Positions 43,255 to 56,017 are shown, counted from the whole stretch's first letter. The stretch: DNA of 63,326 nucleotides, filler included, from Octopus bimaculoides (GCF_001194135.2; 12 parts of 10 records of this genome joined end to end with filler, not necessarily neighbours in it); one strand, 5' to 3'. The notes: generated by a model not told the origin, from the sequence alone. Translations and numbers: made by a program.

Positions 43255-43885
43255 AAGGATAAATAAGTAATAGAAATTAACAAAAATATAACTTATAAAT
43301 ATAAGTAATTGTACATCGACTACACGCGTTTCATGGCTGAATTAGAACTATGTAAAATCATATAAGAAAATCATATCCAAATTCATTAGGGCGGAAAATG
43401 ATTTTCCTCCTAAAAGCAATCACTCCTCATGTCAAATTTCTAAAAGAACCTAAAACCAAAAAGTTTAACTTACCTCATAATATGATAAGGGATAAAAAAA
43501 AAAGGAATACAAATTATATATAAAGAAACAAAACTTGTAATGTAACCCCAATGTTAAAGACATTAATATCATTATTAAAAGTTACAAGCTAAAAATATTC
43601 AGAAAGAGTATTAGTAGAGTATCAGTAGATCTAATGGTTTTAAGTATTTCAAATCTTCAATAAACAATATACTTTAGGCAGACCTTCTTTTTCGATAATT
43701 TTGTTATTATTATAGGAGTGACTGCTTTTGAGAGTAAAATCATTTTTCCGTCCTAATGAACTTGGATATGATTTTCTTATATGATTTTACATAGTCCTAA
43801 TTAAACCATGAAACACGCGTAGTCGATGTACAGGTACTTACTTTTATACATTATATTATTGTATTAATTTCTATTGTTAATTTAT
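43255..43885. mobile_element. Fold-back element with paired degenerate hammerheads (CUAAUGA core)
   Basis: About 43255-43427 is the reverse complement of 43714-43885. Motifs at 43317-43393 (-) and 43749-43825 (+) read CG(C/U)C-CUAAUGA-..UGG..CCAU-GAAAC-NNNN-GUA-GUCG. Confidence 0.7.
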
Positions 43886-44569
43886 TGACAGTGAATTCGC
43901 AATATTATGAAATNNNNNNNNNNNNNNNNNNNNNNNNNNNNNNNNNNNNNNNNNNNNTTAATTAATTAANNNNNNNNNNNNNNNNNNNNNNNNNNNNNNN
44001 NNNNNNNNNNNNNATACTTTATAATGTGATTTCTGCAGTCGCAGATTGTCAAAGGTTTCTTTGAATCGCAGGATGTGATTCGACGTATAAGATTTGTGTG
44101 CTTAAAAAACATGACTCATGTAATGACAGTATGGTAGGGATTTAAAAGGAAGCGGTTAAATAAGAGAAACATTGCTTTGGACCATATTCATATATTTAAA
44201 ACTGTTGTGAAAACGATGAAAGAAAGGTGAATTCGAAGTTTAGTGCTGGTCATTCAAAATGGCAAGGATAAGGGCGTTGGAAGGCAATTAATAAGGTAGA
44301 AAAATGCAAGAAAAAAAACTGAGCTAACACCCTTTTTTATATTTTCTCCTTGAAGAACAGCCTTGTCGGCAAATTAGATTTCATATCAACTTAAGGTATA
44401 CAAACTTAGCGCTAATTTCCGTTTTTTCTTGTCTCTGCGTAGCATATGACGTTATCAAATTTATTGTTAGACTAAAAGTTATTACGAAAAAAATAAAATA
44501 AAACATGAGAGACGTACGACATATCGTTCACTTCTGTTGATTTCATACAAAAATGTTATAAGATTGCCT

Positions 44570-44988
44570 TTTCTTTTTCTTTGAATTATTTCAGTCATTA
44601 GGCTTCGGCCATGCTGGGGCACCACCTTGTAAAATGTTAGTCGAATGCATCGATCCCAGTACTTATTTTTTCTACGTTTGAACCTGGTACTTAGTCCATC
44701 GTGCCGAACCACTAGGTAACGGAGACGTAAATACATCAAACACAGGCACAAATGCACAGGCAGACAGACAAGCAGGCAGACAAATAGACAAACAGACAGA
44801 CAGACAGATACACACACATACGTACACGACAGGTTTCTTTCGGTCTCTGTCTACCAAATCTGCTCACAAAGCTTTAGTCGGTCCAAGGCTATAGTGAAAG
44901 ACACTTGCTCGAGGTGCCACGCAGTGGGACTGAACCCGAAACCGTGTGTTTGGAAAGTAAACTTCTTAGCACACAGGCACACGTGTGC
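44570..44988 (-). mobile_element. SINE family A copy
   Basis: Same head and tail blocks. Confidence 0.8.
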
Positions 44989-45289
44989 TTATATCTCAAA
45001 GAGATATGTATGGTATCATTTATCCTGCCCTGAACTTTCAATATTTTCATTTAGAATTAATTGTTGGTTATATTATATTTATAGCTACAGTGTTGGTGTA
45101 GTACACACTTTCAAACATTTCTCTTCGTATTTTGTCACTACTAACTATAAATTCCAAGAAGCCTTTTGTTTCTAATCATATTTGATATAATAATGTTTAT
45201 ATCCTAGGTACACTGCTTCGTTTAATCTAGACATCAACTGATTTAATTTGTTCAGAAAAAAATATATAAACTAAATATAACTAATATAT

Positions 45290-45900
45290 TAACTAAATAT
45301 ATTATGACTTTCAGGTGTTTTAAACCTGGGTGCTTTGAGGCAGTCGTCTCCACCGCGCCATTTTGTACCGGTGAACGAGCAGGTGGCGTATGTTGTATGT
45401 TCAACAATATTAACTTTAATTCTTTAAAATTTTTAGACACAATAAGCCTTTCTTTCCGGACGTCAATCTTGGTATTCATATCTTTCTGAATGATAGCGTC
45501 TAGAGGAGAAAATCTACTTTACAGACCTCCAGTTTAACATTCGAAAAATGAAAAGTATTTTTGCCATATATATATTTCGTATATATATAATTCGTATTCC
45601 AGTTTTTCTCTGGTAAATGACGTAAATTCCATGCTACGATACTACGGAGGTACAACCACATAATACATAATACTATATAACATACACTTCATTATCTCAG
45701 ATAAATCTTTACGATGAATCAGACAAGTGTTTGGGGCTGTATTGAATAATGTCTGAAAATGTAGCCCCAGCAGTCGTGACAATATGGTCAAGAAGTCTCC
45801 CTTCCAAACATGTGGCACTTAGGTTCGAGCTCAATGCGAGATACATTGTAGAAGTGTTTTCTAACACCACTATATCTAGGGGACCAGTTCCTAACGTGTG
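45290..45900 (-). mobile_element. Possible DDE integrase relic (Gypsy/Ginger-like): zinc-binding region followed by the core
   Basis: YSGVRKHFYNVSR..PYCHDC (about 45760-45890), then SKNFKEL..NIQHTPPARSPVQNGAVET (about 45340-45440), resembling GIxH...PYxPQxNGxVER. Confidence 0.4.
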
Positions 45901-46010
45901 GGATTTGGTAGAGGAAAACAGTAGAGAAACCCAACATGTTTGTATATATATACACAATTGTATCTGTGTATATGCCTATATGTGTCTGTGTGCGCACGCA
46001 CATACATGTT

Positions 46011-46077
<67 letters not shown>

Positions 46078-46720
46078 GCATATATGGGTACAGGATGTCA
46101 CCAACGGTGCAAATAACATGAAATACGTAGACAACGAGAAAAATAGAAAACAGGACATGTTAACACAGAGAAAGGACCCTTCATCAGTTGTCGGCTGTCT
46201 ATCTACTCCTCACTTTGAGCATTCAACGACACTATGAGTCTTCAAAGACAGTTTCTGCCATAAATTCTAAAATAAAATTTAAGATTTATGGATGGTCAAA
46301 GTTGGGAACAAAAAATGACAGTGGAGACATACATCGAAACTGAACGAAAACAAACATGGAGGGTCGTTAGACCAGAAAGAGAGGAAAATAGTGAACACTG
46401 GGAGAAACATTTTTTGAAAAGAGAAAAGATAGAAGAGAGAGAGAGAGAGAGAAAAAAAAACGTCCGAGCAGGAAAAGAAAGATGGACGATGGTCACGTGT
46501 GAGCAACGAGAGAGAGTAAGAAAAAAGAAAATGAGTGAGAGAAAGAGAGAGAGAGAAAATGGTGAAGGAGGGAGGGGAGAAAAAGGGAATTAGAGAAGAA
46601 TGGAGGAAGAAAACAGTATAGAGTAGAGAGTGGCATAAAAAAGGTGAAGATAAACTTACTTGGAAATAGATGCCTCGCGTTCAATCAAATAATAATCGCT
46701 TTCTTTACCAGTGAGTTAGT

Positions 46721-46968
46721 CGCAGGCGTAGCTGTATGGTAGGAATTCAGTCCCATTGCATGGCACCTTGGGAAAGTGTCTTCTACTATAGACTCGGATC
46801 GACCAAAACCTCGTGAATGGATTTAGTAGACAGTGTGTGTGTATGTGTGTGTGTGTGTGTGTTAGAATGTGAGTATGGCTGTGTCTTTGTGCCTGTGTTT
46901 CTCTCTTATCACCGCTTGGTGCCCCAGCATGGCCGCTGTCTAATGACTGAAACAAGCAAATGATAAAA
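46721..46968 (+). mobile_element. SINE family A copy, internally deleted
   Basis: Head and tail present, middle shortened. Confidence 0.75.
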
Positions 46969-47621
46969 GAAAATATCGAAATGGAGGAAAGATAACTTAT
47001 TTCTATTATTCAGATCTAAATTAGTTAATTACTTCATTGGCATTGTCCCATTGATGCAAATCAATGCAGTCTTTCACAATGGACTTAGAAGGTCATATGA
47101 GCCTAATGAAAATTTTCTCTAAAAAAATCAGATTTGTAAGCTTTCGGAGTGAAATGGGGATTCCTGAGCCTTAGAGGTTATGTTCGATCATCTCTTAGTA
47201 CTGATTGTATTTATTCTATTTATTCCTCATTCTCTTTTTATTATCATTCCTTACCCATCAGTATTATTTACTTGCTCTTAAAAACAACTAAATTCGAAGA
47301 AAGTCTCATGCCCTATTAAATAAATTCTGCAAGAGCTTCCTAACCTCATATTTTATAATTTATGTCTACAGAAATCATTCACCATATCGCGGTTCACCAA
47401 TTGCGCCCACAGTACATCACAGATTTTACTGGTTAATATGTCTATATTTATATCGCGGACTCCTCAGTATATTGTGGGTTTCTGTGACTATAGGTATTTA
47501 TATTTCTTCAGATTTTAATTATTTCTGTGGTTAAATAAGCATTTTCACGCCTAAAAATTAATAAATTAATAGATGAAGATACAGTACAGTACTGCACTGT
47601 GTAACACATTAATTAAAATAT

Positions 47622-48970
47622 ACTCTTTTACTCTTTTTACTTGTTTCAGTCATTTGACTGTGGTCATGCTGGAGCACCGCCTTTAGTCGAAGAAATCGAC
47701 CCCAGGACTTATTCTTTGTAAGCCTAGTTCTTATTTTATCGTTCTCTTTTGCTGAACCGCCAAGTTACGGGGACGTAAACACACCAGCATCGGTTGTCAA
47801 GCGATGTTGGGGGACAAACACAGGCACACAAATACACACACACACACACACACANNNNNNNNNNNNNNNNNNNNNNNNNNNNNNNNNNNNNNNNNNNNNN
47901 NNNNNNNNNNNNNNNNNNNNNNNNNNNNNNNNNNNNNNNNNNNNNNNNNNNNNNNNNNNNNNNNNNNNNNNNNNNNNNNNNNNNNNNNNNNNNNNNNNNN
48001 NNNNNNNNNNNNNNNNNNNNNNNNNNNNNNNNNNNNNNNNNNNNNNNNNNNNNNNNNNNNNNNNNNNNNNNNNNNNNNNNNNNNNNNNNNNNNNNNNNNN
48101 NNNNNNNNNNNNNNNNNNNNNNNNNNNNNNNNNNNNNNNNNNNNNNNNNNNNNNNNNNNNNNNNNNNNNNNNNNNNNNNNNNNNNNNNNNNNNNNNNNNN
48201 NNNNNNNNNNNNNNNNNNNNNNNNNNNNNNNNNNNNNNNNNNNNNNNNNNNNNNNNNNNNNNNNNNNNNNNNNNNNNNNNNNNNNNNNNNNNNNNNNNNN
48301 NNNNNNNNNNNNNNNNNNNNNNNNNNNNNNNNNNNNNNNNNNNNNNNNNNNNNNNNNNNNNNNNNNNNNNNNNNNNNNNNNNNNNNNNNNNNNNNNNNNN
48401 NNNNNNNNNNNNNNNNNNNNNNNNNNNNNNNNNNNNNNNNNNNNNNNNNNNNNNNNNNNNNNNNNNNNNNNNNNNNNNNNNNNNNNNNNNNNNNNNNNNN
48501 NNNNNNNNNNNNNNNNNNNNNNNNNNNNNNNNNNNNNNNNNNNNNNNNNNNNNNNNNNNNNNNNNNNNNNNNNNNNNNNNNNNNNNNNNNNNNNNNNNNN
48601 NNNNNNNNNNNNNNNNNNNNNNNNNNNNNNNNNNNNNNNNNNNNNNNNNNNNNNNNNNNNNNNNNNNNNNNNNNNNNNNNNNNNNNNNNNNNNNNNNNNN
48701 NNNNNNNNNNNNNNNNNNNNNNNNNNNNNNNNNNNNNNNNNNNNNNNNNNNNNNATATATACATACATATATATATATATATATATATGCATAGCATATA
48801 TATATATATAACGGGTTTCTTTCAGTTTCCGTCTACCAAATCCACTCACAAGGCTTTGGTTGGCCCAAAGCTACAGTAGAAGACACTTGCCCAAGGTGCC
48901 ATGCAGTGGGACTGAACCCAGAACCATGTGGTTGGAAGCAACCTACGTACCACACAGCCACTCCTGCGCC
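47622..48970 (-). mobile_element. SINE family A copy spanning an N gap
   Basis: Tail at 47622-47855, head at 48800-48970; the gap falls in the internal microsatellite. Confidence 0.8.
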
Positions 48971-49169
48971 TATGAAAAGAAATACGTAGAGAACCATAGA
49001 TGAGTAAACAAAGAATCGCACATACTGTATGGAAAACAAAACTCGGGAGGCAAAGAAAGAGAACACTTTGGTACTCCTAAGAGTGTGGAGAGAGTTTATA
49101 AAAACTTGAATATATACAAATAATAAAATAAATATATACAAATTATAAAAGTAATAAAAAATATACCAA

Positions 49170-49262
49170 ACGGTACACTACTGTTTCTACTTCGCGGATT
49201 TTCACCTATCGCGTGGGGTTTGGGAACGTAACACCCACGATAGTAGAGGGATTACTGTAATA
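49170..49262 (-). mobile_element. pogo/Tigger-like MITE end
   Basis: Reverse complement TA-CAGTAATCCCTC..ATCGTGG..CGCGATAGGTGAAAATCCGCGAAG; a related fragment lies at about 47368-47490. Confidence 0.5.
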
Positions 49263-49869
49263 TGTTATATATGATGCCTATACTTTATATTTATGTATTA
49301 CAATCATAATTAATACTTTATATGTATGTACTTTGCTGTACAGCGGATCCTTTAGGGAAGCTCCATTGGGTATGGTATCTCACAATGCATCCTATACGAT
49401 CAACACGTAATCACTTGGTCTTCTAGACTGACACAGTAAGTAGCACGGCCGATTTACTTAGATTCTCATAGCTGAGGATTTGAAATAGTAACGATAGTTT
49501 CATGAAGTGCAGTTATTCACCTGTACTTCTCTTGCATTAGATATTCTGATTACATAATATTTTTCTCACTGATATAGCCTATGATGTTATTAGATGTTGA
49601 TTTAACCCACGCAGTTATAAAATTCTAACACTGACATATTGATTGTAGAAATTAAAATATACTGTCTAGCTTCATTTGAATCTGTATGCTATAGACGCTA
49701 TAGTATACAGACTCCGACAACGCTTTGTAGCACAGCTTCTTACCACTGTAAAACAATGTGAATGTATATTTCACTTCTGATTTTAAGCAGTTATTATTTT
49801 TATACGATTATACACAATTAAACACTTTGTTTTCGTTTGTTCAGCAGGTTGTAATGTTAACATAAACTA

Positions 49870-50520
49870 GATAGCTCATATTTTCTTTATAAGGTATATC
49901 TGAGGTAAATTCTAGCCGTTAATCTTAAATCACATAAGATATTAGAGGCATTTGACTATCGGTTGAGCCGTTGTGTGCGCTCAGCGATTAAATACCTCAT
50001 TTAGATGAACTCAGATTGTACCGCCTAGATTCATGGGAGTGTGTGTGTATCTTTCTCTTTGTTAAATTATTTTCAATCGTGTTTTGTTTGGGAGAAACTT
50101 TATAAGGCTTGAACTTTCATTAAAGTAGCATCTATGGAAGACCGGTGGGATTATTATTTATATGGAGTTTACTATTAATACCGATGCAATGTACATTGGT
50201 TTATACGTCTCTTTGTTGTAGTTTTATTAAAGCTAGTCTTTAATCCTGCCTATAAATTGATTGAAATAATGTGGTTATCAAGCTTTTACTTTTATATTAT
50301 ACTACGGAAGACGGTAAGGATTATAATTTTTGTATGGCTTGATAGAGTTGTCGCTGTTTCGTTACTTATTTACGAGTAGTTGTAATTTACTTATTGAAAT
50401 TATTTATCGATACAGTTGTACATAAGGCAAATGTGTTTGAAGGTTGTGGTTTCTTTGGTTTGTTTGTTCCCATAAAACACTTATTTCAGTGCTATTGACA
50501 CCGCCAAATTGAATGGCACT
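49870..50520 (-). mobile_element. Possible highly decayed PLE RT relic
   Basis: GGVNSTEISVLW..(about 18 aa)..LYR* and a later TYKP lie at spacings similar to the 62-kb RT; weak. Confidence 0.3.
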
Positions 50521-50592
50521 ACCCAGCTGATGATGGAGGTATGTTGGCTTGTTGGTATGACTGAAGAATAACATTATAACACATCCTTTTGA

Positions 50593-50629
<37 letters not shown>

Positions 50630-50744
50630 NNNNNNNNNNNNNNNNNNNNNNNNNNNNNNNNNNNNNNNNNNNNTTAATTAATTAANNNNNNNNNNNNNNN
50701 NNNNNNNNNNNNNNNNNNNNNNNNNNNNNTATATATATATATAC

Positions 50745-50789
<45 letters not shown>

Positions 50790-51449
50790 TGTTACCAGTA
50801 CCATAAATCTCTCTCTCTCTCTTTATTTATCTATCTGTCTCCTTCTGCCTCTTTCTTAAATGACTTCCACTCCATTTCACACCATTCAATTTTTTCATCC
50901 TTCACCCCAATGCCATTTATTGCACTATCAACACTCTGCAGCACCACATTTTTTTTGTATACCTAGATTTTTTTGTCGCCAGAGATAAAAGAGTCAATAC
51001 TCATAGACACACCCTCACACATAAGTCTGTCTCCAGCTTATTTCTCCATAGGGAATTAAGATGGCATTACTTTCAGTACTGACCAGTTCTATACTACATA
51101 CATGAATGCTCGAATGCACACACACACATACGCGTTTATAATTACCTACATGTTTTCACATACCACTAAATCGAAGGAATTAATCTACTTAGTGGCATCA
51201 GATCTTATGAATAAGATGAAAATGACCTGTTGTCTATAACGTGTCCAAAATTTGATAACATTGTCCGCAGAAGGGATGTAAAGAAATTTTTTTTAATAAC
51301 TCATTCTTGAATTGCTCCCTTTCTCTATTGGTATATCAAACATTGTGTACAAAATGTATAAAAATGCAGCATAACCCTATCCAGGCCTCACCAAAATATT
51401 ACCATGCCCCACCAGTGGGGTATGCATCCTATGTTGGGAATCACGGCTT

Positions 51450-52218
51450 GTGTCATTCAGAAACAACTTTAGCTGTGTGAATTGGTGCATTATAATCCTG
51501 AAACATTGCATTCCCTCCAGAAGCAGTTCCACAAACATAGGATGAATTTGATCAGATAAAATACTTAAATAGTCTTCACTATTAATTCTGCCATGAAGGG
51601 AAACCATTTTGACAGCTGATTTCCAAGATATAGCCCCCTAGATCATCACAGATCTTCTTCCATGTTCAACAGTTGGAAGAAAGCAGTCTGGATCAAATGT
51701 TTCTTTTGGCTGTCTCCACACGTATACTCGGCCAGTGGTTGGAAATAAGGTAAAGGTTGACTTGTCCAAGAAAATAACATTCTTCTACTGCTCTAGGGTT
51801 CAATTCTGTAGGTTTTTACTCCACTCCAAATACTTTTCAATGTTTGTTTTTGAAAGTAGTGGTCTTCTGATTGCAGCACTCCCGTGAAATCCAGCTTTGT
51901 GCAGCTCCTGGCGAACAGTTTTTGTGGAAACAGGGTTCTTGAGGTGGTCATTAAACACTGCAGTAATTTTGGGAGCTGTACTTTTGTGATTCCTTCTAAC
52001 AATTTGCATAAGAGTCTGATGGTCCCTATCTGAAAGTTTTGGTTTTCTTCTGGAGTTTTGTTTCGACGAGGAGGTTTTTCCCTCTTTCTCAAAAGCTGTC
52101 ATTACTTTCGGGATAGTACTTCTTGATACACCAAACATTTCAGCTGTTTTTGTTATGCTAGCGCCTGCCATACAAGCACCAACAATTTGACCTCCTGAAA
52201 GTCTGATAGATCTGTCAT
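51450..52218 (-). mobile_element. Tc1 transposase remnant (HTH + first two catalytic-region motifs), truncated before the final E
   Basis: ATG at 52218: MTDLSDF(fs)GQIVGA.MAGASITKTAEMFGVSRSTI..RRPLLS..VIFLDKSTF..HGRINSEDYLSIL..MFQDYNAPIHTAK. Stops and frameshifts; no TIRs seen. Confidence 0.88.
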
Positions 52219-52292
52219 TTTAATGAATTTTGATACCCTTTTCTGATGATATCTGAAAAGAAACAGCAATTTTAGCAAAACATATTAAGCAA

Positions 52293-53240
52293 CATCATCA
52301 TCATCATCATCGTTTAACGTCCGCTTTCCATGCTAGCATGGGTTGGACGATTTGACTGAGGACTGGTGAACCAGATGGCTACACCAGGCTCCAATCTGAT
52401 TTGGCAGAGTTTCTACAGCTGGATGCCCAGTCAGGAGGTACTGGCAACGGCCAGGCTCGAAATGGTGTATTTTGCGTGCCACCTGCACAGGAGCCAGTCC
52501 AGCAGTACTGGCAATGAACTCGCTCGAATGACTTTTCACGTGCCAGGAAGGCGATGTTGGTAGCGGTCACGTTCAAACGGTGCTATTTACGTGCCACCAG
52601 CACGAAAGTCAGACAGCTGGTGCTCTGGCAACGATCACACTCGGACGGTGCTCTTAGTGATTTACTGGTACTGGTGCTTTCCCTTGCCCCAACAGGTCTT
52701 CGCAAGCCAAGTTTAGTGTTCAATGAAGACGTTGGCATGGGTGCCAGTCTACAAATTTTTTTCGATTTCGGTTTCGATTTCACTTGCCTCAACAGGTCTT
52801 CACAAGCGGAGTTTAGTGTCCAAAGAAGGAATTTTACGCATAAGTGGGCTGGCTACGTCCCTGGCAGAGGCCTTGGATTTTGGTCTCGCTAGGCTTGCCG
52901 GGTCTTCTCATGCACAGCATATTTCCAAACGTTTCAGTCAGAAATCATTGCTTTGGTAAGGCCTAAAGTTCAGAGGTTGTGCTTCACCACCTCATCCCAG
53001 GTCTTCCTGGGCCTGCTTTTTCACGGGTCCCCTCAACCGCTAGGGTGTGGCACTTTTTCACACAGCTATCCTCATCCATTCTCGCCACATGTCCATACCA
53101 GTGCAATCGTCTCTCTTGCACACCACAACTGATGCTTCTTAGGTTCAACTTTTCTCTCAAGATACTTACACTCTGTCGGGTATGCACACTGACATTACTC
53201 ATCCAGCGGAGCATACTGGCTTCATTCCTTGTGAGCTTAC
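52293..53240 (-). mobile_element. RTE-clade LINE 3' end with (GAT)n tail
   Basis: MLRWMSNVSV..LREKLNLRSISCGVQERRLHWYGHVARMDEDSCVKKC..VEG; 3' UTR ends in (CAT)n at 52293-52310 on the plus strand. Confidence 0.85.
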
Positions 53241-53388
53241 NNNNNNNNNNNNNNNNNNNNNNNNNNNNNNNNNNNNNNNNNNNNTTAATTAATTAANNNN
53301 NNNNNNNNNNNNNNNNNNNNNNNNNNNNNNNNNNNNNNNNATATATATATACACATATACTTATACATATACGTATATATATATATAA

Positions 53389-53772
53389 GGCGCAGGAGTG
53401 GCTGTGTGATAAGTAGCTTGCTTACATGGTTCCGGGTTCAGTCCCTCTTTGTGGCACATTGGGCAAGTGTTTTCTACTATAGCCTCGGGCCGACCAAAGC
53501 CTTGTGGGTGGATTTGGTAGACGGAAACTGAAAGAATCCCGTCGTATATATGTATATATATATATGTGTGTGTGTGTGTNNNNNNNNNNAACTGAAAGAA
53601 TCCCGTCGTATATATGTATATATATATATGTGTGTGTGTGTGTTTGCGTGTCTGTGTTTGTCATCCCCCACCATCGCTTGACAACCGATGCTGGTGTGTT
53701 TACGTCTCCGTAACTTAGGGGCTCGGCAAAAAGAGACCGATAGAATGAGTACTAGGCTTACAAAGAATAAGT
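53389..53772 (+). mobile_element. SINE family A copy
   Basis: Head at 53389; broken by a 10-N gap with duplicated flanks. Confidence 0.85.
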
Positions 53773-54056
53773 NNNNNNNNNNNNNNNNNNNNNNNNNNNN
53801 NNNNNNNNNNNNNNNNNNNNNNNNNNNNNNNNNNNNNNNNNNNNNNNNNNNNNNNNNNNNNNNNNNNNNNNNGTAATTTAATCCGATGGTAGAAAGAATT
53901 CAGCGAATTAGGTACTCCAAAGTCAGTCAGAAGCCCGGGCTTCGTGTGACCGTGCGGTATATAGGGAATCAAAAAAAGAAGAGCAAGCACAAACAACAAC
54001 AGCGCGAGGACGTGGTACATTGTATTAGTAGACGCTCAAGGAAGAAAAGAAAGATG

Positions 54057-54091
54057 GTTTAATATTTCGAGCAACGCTCTTCTTCAGAAAC
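54057..54091 (-). ncRNA. Minimal (35-nt) type-I hammerhead ribozyme
   Basis: Reverse complement: GUUU-CUGAAGA-A-GAGC(GUU)GCUC-GAAAU-AUU/AAAC. Confidence 0.72.
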
Positions 54092-54221
54092 AGTGGAAAG
54101 TCCAATATAAAGTAAGTCGAAGGAAGAAAATCGCCAACGATTCATATATGGTTAAATGTAACGAAATGTAAATCGTTGGCGATTTTACTCATCCGTCTTC
54201 CTTTCGATTGGACTTTCTTCT

Positions 54222-54256
54222 GTTTCTGAAGAAGAGCGTTGCTCGAAATATTAAAC
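54222..54256 (+). ncRNA. Minimal (35-nt) type-I hammerhead ribozyme
   Basis: GUUU-CUGAAGA-A-GAGC(GUU)GCUC-GAAAU-AUU/AAAC, identical to the inverted arm. Confidence 0.72.
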
Positions 54257-54379
54257 CATCTTTCCTTCCTTCCCTGAGCGTCTGCTAATTCTTTACATAT
54301 ATCGCGTCCTCACATTGTTGTGTTTGTTCTTTTTTTTATTTACTATGCGTATAAATATATAGGGAGAATTAAAAAAAAA

Positions 54380-54510
54380 AAAAAAAGACGAAGGCAGGTG
54401 GTGTAGAAAACAAACAGATGTATTAGTATAACGCTCGGGAATTGAAAAAGTCTTTAACGTTTCGAGCCTACGCTCTTCCACAGGAAGGAACACAGAAAGA
54501 AACAAGCAGA
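54380..54510 (-). mobile_element. Related PLE-type tail with variant hammerhead core (CUGUGGA)
   Basis: Reverse complement: CUGUGGA-A-GAGC(GUAG)GCUC-GAAAC-GUU-AAAGAC, followed by the same tail as 27875-28010. Confidence 0.6.
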
Positions 54511-55410
54511 GAAATATATATATATANNNNNNNNNNNNNNNNNNNNNNNNNNNNNNNNNNNNNNNNNNNNNNNNNNNNNNNNNNNNNNNNNNNNNNNNNN
54601 NNNNNNNNNNNNNNNNNNNNNNNNNNNNNNNNNNNNNNNNNNNNNNNNNNNNNNNNNNNNNNNNNNNNNNNNNNNNNNNNNNNNNNNNNNNNNNNNNNNN
54701 NNNNNNNNNNNNNNNNNNNNNNNNNNNNNNNNNNNNNNNNNNNNNNNNNNNNNNNNNNNNNNNNNNNNNNNNNNNNNNNNNNNNNNNNNNNNNNNNNNNN
54801 NNNNNNNNNNNNNNNNNNNNNNNNNNNNNNNNNNNNNNNNNNNNNNNNNNNNNNNNNNNNNNNNNNNNNNNNNNNNNNNNNNNNNNNNNNNNNNNNNNNN
54901 NNNNNNNNNNNNNNNNNNNNNNNNNNNNNNNNNNNNNNNNNNNNNNNNNNNNNNNNNNNNNNNNNNNNNNNNNNNNNNNNNNNNNNNNNNNNNNNNNNNN
55001 NNNNNNNNNNNNNNNNNNNNNNNNNNNNNNNNNNNNNNNNNNNNNNNNNNNNNNNNNNNNNNNNNNNNNNNNNNNNNNNNNNNNNNNNNNNNNNNNNNNN
55101 NNNNNNNNNNNNNNNNNNNNNNNNNNNNNNNNNNNNNNNNNNNNNNNNNNNNNNNNNNNNNNNNNNNNNNNNNNNNNNNNNNNNNNNNNNNNNNNNNNNN
55201 NNNNNNNNNNNNNNNNNNNNNNNNNNNNNNNNNNNNNNNNNNNNNNNNNNNNNNNNNNNNNNNNNNNNNNNNNNNNNNNNNNNNNNNNNNNNNNNNNNNN
55301 NNNNNNNNNNNNNNNNNNNNNNNNNNNNNNNNNNNNNNNNNNNNNNNNNNNNNNNNNNNNNNNNNNNNNNNNNNNNNNNNNNNNNNNNNNNNNNNNNNNN
55401 NNNNNNNNNT

Positions 55411-55725
55411 CTACTATAGCCTCGGGCCGACCAAAGCCTTGTGGGTGGATTTGGTAGACGGAAACTGAAAGAATCCCGTCGTATATATGTATATATATAT
55501 ATGTGTGTGTGTGTGTGTTTGCGTGTCTGTGTTTGTCATCCCCCACCATCGCTTGACAACCGATGCTGGTGTGTTTACGTCTCCGTAACTTAGGGGCTCG
55601 GCAAAAAGAGACCGATAGAATGAGTACTAGGCTTACAAAGAATAAGTCCTCGGGTCGATTTTCTCGATTAAAGGTAGTGCTCCAGCATGGCCACAGTCAA
55701 ATGACTGAAACAAGTAAAAGAGTAA
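55411..55725 (+). mobile_element. SINE family A copy (apparently the same sequence as 53389-53772)
   Basis: Shares private variants GTCATCCCCC, CGTCTCCG, TTAGGGGCTCGG and GAATGAG. Confidence 0.85.
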
Positions 55726-56017
55726 AGTGTAAAGTGTATACGTATTCATATATATATATACACGCAGATATATTCATATGTATATACGTATATATATATA
55801 CATATGATTTTTTAAATAAATCTGTGTATTTTTTCAATGTGTACAAATAACACGGAAAAAATAAATAGTTACCAGAGTAGCAAACAATTCACATAAGTAC
55901 CAAGGACGTTAAAGTCTGTTTATAAAGGTAGAAATTCCAGGGTTTAGCGACATATTTTTGGTTAAACAGATAAATAAAGAAATGGAGTTAAACGCAGTTG
56001 TTATTCAAATCTTTATA

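Larger units (their letters stand above)
53971..54337. mobile_element. Fold-back element with paired hammerheads
   Basis: About 53971-54142 is the reverse complement of 54171-54337, with a 28-bp spacer. Confidence 0.8.

Noticed and set aside
46160-46200. CTGATGAAGGG in a repeat seen at 46.2 kb (-) and 62.7 kb (+)
   Set aside because: No closing stem II plus GAAA downstream in either copy, so it was not counted as a hammerhead.
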